Shown piece after piece: positions 14,621 through 16,947 of a DNA stretch of 16,947 bases. The notes under the pieces were generated by a model. It worked only from the letters and a program-made list of their open reading frames with translations. It had not been told where the DNA came from and searched no databases. Each line of letters begins with the position of its first letter. Positions within the stretch are counted from its first letter, which is position 1. A program made the position numbers and the translations under genes. The stretch comes from a virus (lineage: Duplodnaviria > Heunggongvirae > Uroviricota > Caudoviricetes). Where the stretch lies: the IMG/VR virus record IMGVR_UViG_3300034019_002140. The stretch is one strand, 5' to 3'.

Positions 14621-16947
14621 ATGGGTGTATTTTCCGCACTTTATGACCTTTCTTTGACTACTGGCTCAATAACCGGTATTACACCCTCATTGTATAGCAA
14701 TCTTGTTGGTAGTTTTCCAATTGGTCCTAGTGAATCAGGAAATTATGTTTCTGGAGATACTGAAAACTTTTCAGGTATTGTAGAAGTAGGATGGACTGGT
14801 GTAACCGACAGTTTTCCTTATTTGGAATTATATATTGATAATAGTTTAAACCAACAACTCAGTTGGACGGGAGATGGTATATACGATTTTACAACTATAA
14901 ATGTTACAACATCAAACGATGTTGAGATTGTTGCTAAAAACATCATACCTCCTACGTCCACACTTTCACCCACACCATCACCGACACCTATTTCTTGTGT
15001 AAACATTGTGGCTACTGAAATTTCTCCCATTCCACAATCAGGAATTTATAATTATTTTGGTGTAAACGTTGCTTTGAATCCTTGGCCTGTTGACGAAAGT
15101 GTCACAGTCAGTGGAACAATCAGCACCGACACAAATACTTCTGATTGGACTTTGACTATAGGGTCAGGTTCTCAATCGGCAGAAACCTCAAATACTTTCA
15201 TTCAGGGAAGTCCCACGTCAAGTGCTAACATCACAGTAACTGGGGTCACACCTACCCAAGTTACTTTCGAGGGTAATCCGTACTATATTTGTGGATTTGA
15301 ACCTGAACCATCGGCGACTCCGACAGAGACACCAACTCAAACTCCATCAGAAACTCCTACCAACACGCCTACTATTACAGAAAGTCCTACTGAAACACCA
15401 ACACAAACTCCAACAACCACTACCACTTTGACCGAAAGTCCTACTAACACACCTTCAACAACACCCACAATTACTGAGAAACCCACGGAAACACCCACCG
15501 AGACACCAACTCAAACGCCATCAGAAACACCAACACAAACTCCAACAACCACTACCACTTTGACCGAAAGTCCTACTAACACACCTTCAACAACACCTAC
15601 AACCACCGAGACACCAACTGAAACACCAACGCAGACTCCAACAAACACCGCATCAAATAGTCCGACACCCTCAACAACAGCTACAGTGGGAGGAACACCA
15701 ACTGCAACTGAAACGCCAACTGAAACGCCTACAGAAACTCCAACTGAAACACCTACAAATACACCCACAAACACAGAAACTCCAACTAATACACCCACAA
15801 ATACAGAAACTCCCACTAATACACCCACAAATACAGAAACACCAACACCTACCCCAACAGACCCAGACCCTCCAATTCCAGCTCCAACAGACACGCCAAC
15901 TGAAACGCCTACAGAAACTCCAACTGAAACACCTACTACAACTGAGACACCAACGACCACACCTACATTTGATTTGTCTCCAACTCCAACTAATACAGAA
16001 ACACCAACCCCAACACCTACCCCATCAACTCCTTGTAATTGTACATTCTTTGATGTTACGATTGCTCAGGCGGATTTAGATGATGCGACAGGTAATACAC
16101 CATCATCTTTGAACAACACAATTTTCGTTGATTATTATGATTGTTACAACGTATTGAACACGTTGAGTTATGTCGATGCGGGTACTTTTAATAATTCTTT
16201 TTGCGCGAATTATGTTCAGGCAACATATTATTATAAAAACAATACAGCGCTCTTTCCTGTATCGTCCTTTGATACGGACACATTTGTTGATTGTTGTATT
16301 ACACCTACTCCAACTACTACTCCCACTGAAACACCATCACAAACACCTACCGTTGATACCTCAGCAACACCAACTACTACAGAGACTCCAACACCTACCC
16401 CAACCACCACAGAAACCCCGACAAATACACCTACTGTTGATACATCGGCAACTCCGACCACTACAGAGACGCCAACACAAACTCCAACCCCTTCAACTCC
16501 CTGTAATTGCACATATTTCGATGTTACAATAGCTCAGGCCGACTTGGACGATGCTACAGGTAATACACCTTCGAGTCTCAATAATACCGTGTTTATCGAT
16601 TACTACGATTGTTATAATGTTCTCAATACTGCAAGTTTTGCGTATGCGGGAACATTTAACAATTCATTCTGTGCAAATTATGTTCAAGCAACATACTATT
16701 ACAAAAACAACATAACACTCTTTCCTGTAAGTTCTTACGGGACGGACACATTTGTTGATTGTTGTGTTACTCCGACACCAACTACCACCCCAACAGAAAC
16801 GCCAACGGAAACTCCAACTAATACACAAACACCAACTACCACCCCAACAGAAACGCCAACGGAAACTCCAACTAATACACAAACACCAACAACCACTTCA
16901 ACTATAGGAGCATCGCCCACAGCTACTGAAACACCCACCTCAACACC
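14621..16947 (+). CDS. 3'-truncated large mucin-like Thr/Pro-rich modular protein with Cys-bounded globular domains (probable virion surface fibre/adhesin); absent from the ORF track
   Basis: Frame 2 read codon by codon from ATG 14621 has no stop to the window end (775 codons). Layout: globular domain (~14621-14945), short PT linker, domain bounded by Cys 14996 and Cys 15290, long TPTETPT linker (~15302-16033), Cys6 domain copy 1 (16034-16297), linker, copy 2 (16502-16765), linker. Confidence 0.9.
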   Translation, partial: MGVFSALYDLSLTTGSITGITPSLYSNLVGSFPIGPSESGNYVSGDTENFSGIVEVGWTGVTDSFPYLELYIDNSLNQQLSWTGDGIYDFTTINVTTSNDVEIVAKNIIPPTSTLSPTPSPTPISCVNIVATEISPIPQSGIYNYFGVNVALNPWPVDESVTVSGTISTDTNTSDWTLTIGSGSQSAETSNTFIQGSPTSSANITVTGVTPTQVTFEGNPYYICGFEPEPSATPTETPTQTPSETPTNTPTITESPTETPTQTPTTTTTLTESPTNTPSTTPTITEKPTETPTETPTQTPSETPTQTPTTTTTLTESPTNTPSTTPTTTETPTETPTQTPTNTASNSPTPSTTATVGGTPTATETPTETPTETPTETPTNTPTNTETPTNTPTNTETPTNTPTNTETPTPTPTDPDPPIPAPTDTPTETPTETPTETPTTTETPTTTPTFDLSPTPTNTETPTPTPTPSTPCNCTFFDVTIAQADLDDATGNTPSSLNNTIFVDYYDCYNVLNTLSYVDAGTFNNSFCANYVQATYYYKNNTALFPVSSFDTDTFVDCCITPTPTTTPTETPSQTPTVDTSATPTTTETPTPTPTTTETPTNTPTVDTSATPTTTETPTQTPTPSTPCNCTYFDVTIAQADLDDATGNTPSSLNNTVFIDYYDCYNVLNTASFAYAGTFNNSFCANYVQATYYYKNNITLFPVSSYGTDTFVDCCVTPTPTTTPTETPTETPTNTQTPTTTPTETPTETPTNTQTPTTTSTIGASPTATETPTST
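15302..16033 (+). repeat. Thr/Pro/Glu low-complexity coding linker with internal exact duplications
   Basis: 74-bp exact duplicate 15392-15465 = 15524-15597; 44-bp exact duplicate 15713-15756 = 15893-15936; ~30-bp imperfect tandem x3 at ~15751-15846. Confidence 0.85.
16034..16765 (+). repeat. Dispersed duplication of an 88-aa six-Cys domain (16034-16297 and 16502-16765)
   Basis: CNCT(F/Y)[24 protein letters not shown]...TDTFVDCC; 77/88 aa identical; offset 468 nt. Confidence 0.95.
16775..16890 (+). repeat. Exact 54-bp tandem repeat, ~2.1 copies ([18 protein letters not shown])
   Basis: 16775-16828 = 16829-16882, partial third copy to 16890. Confidence 0.85.

Noticed and set aside
16034-16765. 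Possible diversity-generating retroelement TR/VR pair
   Set aside because: Differences are mostly third-position and involve all bases (many T/C), not adenine-specific; both copies are in-frame parts of one ORF; no reverse transcriptase is in the window.
14818-16938. Track ORFs 14818..15030, 15511..15960, 16231..16512, 16664..16882, 16735..16938 (-) and 16170..16532 (+)
   Set aside because: Val/Gly-rich antisense mirrors or off-frame shadows of the single long frame-2 Thr/Pro ORF.
1-16947. Alternative genetic code, since no called gene ends in TAG
   Set aside because: All genes are intact under the standard code, with no in-frame TAG or TGA interrupting motif-bearing domains; TAA/TGA bias is expected from AT content and ATGA coupling.
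1-16947. tRNA, rRNA, structured ncRNA or mobile elements
   Set aside because: Intergenic gaps are at most ~110 bp and show no cloverleaf, transposase, integrase or homing-endonuclease signatures.

Overview
AT-rich, densely packed segment, most likely from a large tailed phage; SD-less starts hint at a Bacteroidota-type host (inference). Two Ser/Thr-rich, probably virion-surface genes flank a ~13-kb glycan-synthesis island. The ORF track misses both flanking genes because they run off the window. On the left, <1..1011 encodes 57 uninterrupted X-Ser-Gly collagen-like triplets plus a fibre-type C-terminal domain. On the right, 14621..>16947 is a 775+ aa Thr/Pro mucin-like protein with Cys-bounded globular domains. 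The island holds a four-gene nucleotide-heptose module (cupin, small HAD, HldC-like, HldA-like), two Aah/TibC-family protein O-heptosyltransferases with intact Cys4 iron motifs (one fused to GT4), GT2 and other GT-like domains, three methyltransferase domains, a hexapeptide O-acetyltransferase, a mini GDPD-like phosphodiesterase and a HAD-nucleotidyltransferase fusion. Lead hypothesis: a self-contained phage system for O-heptosylating and decorating its own virion fibres. All family calls come from motif recognition by eye; no database searches were run.
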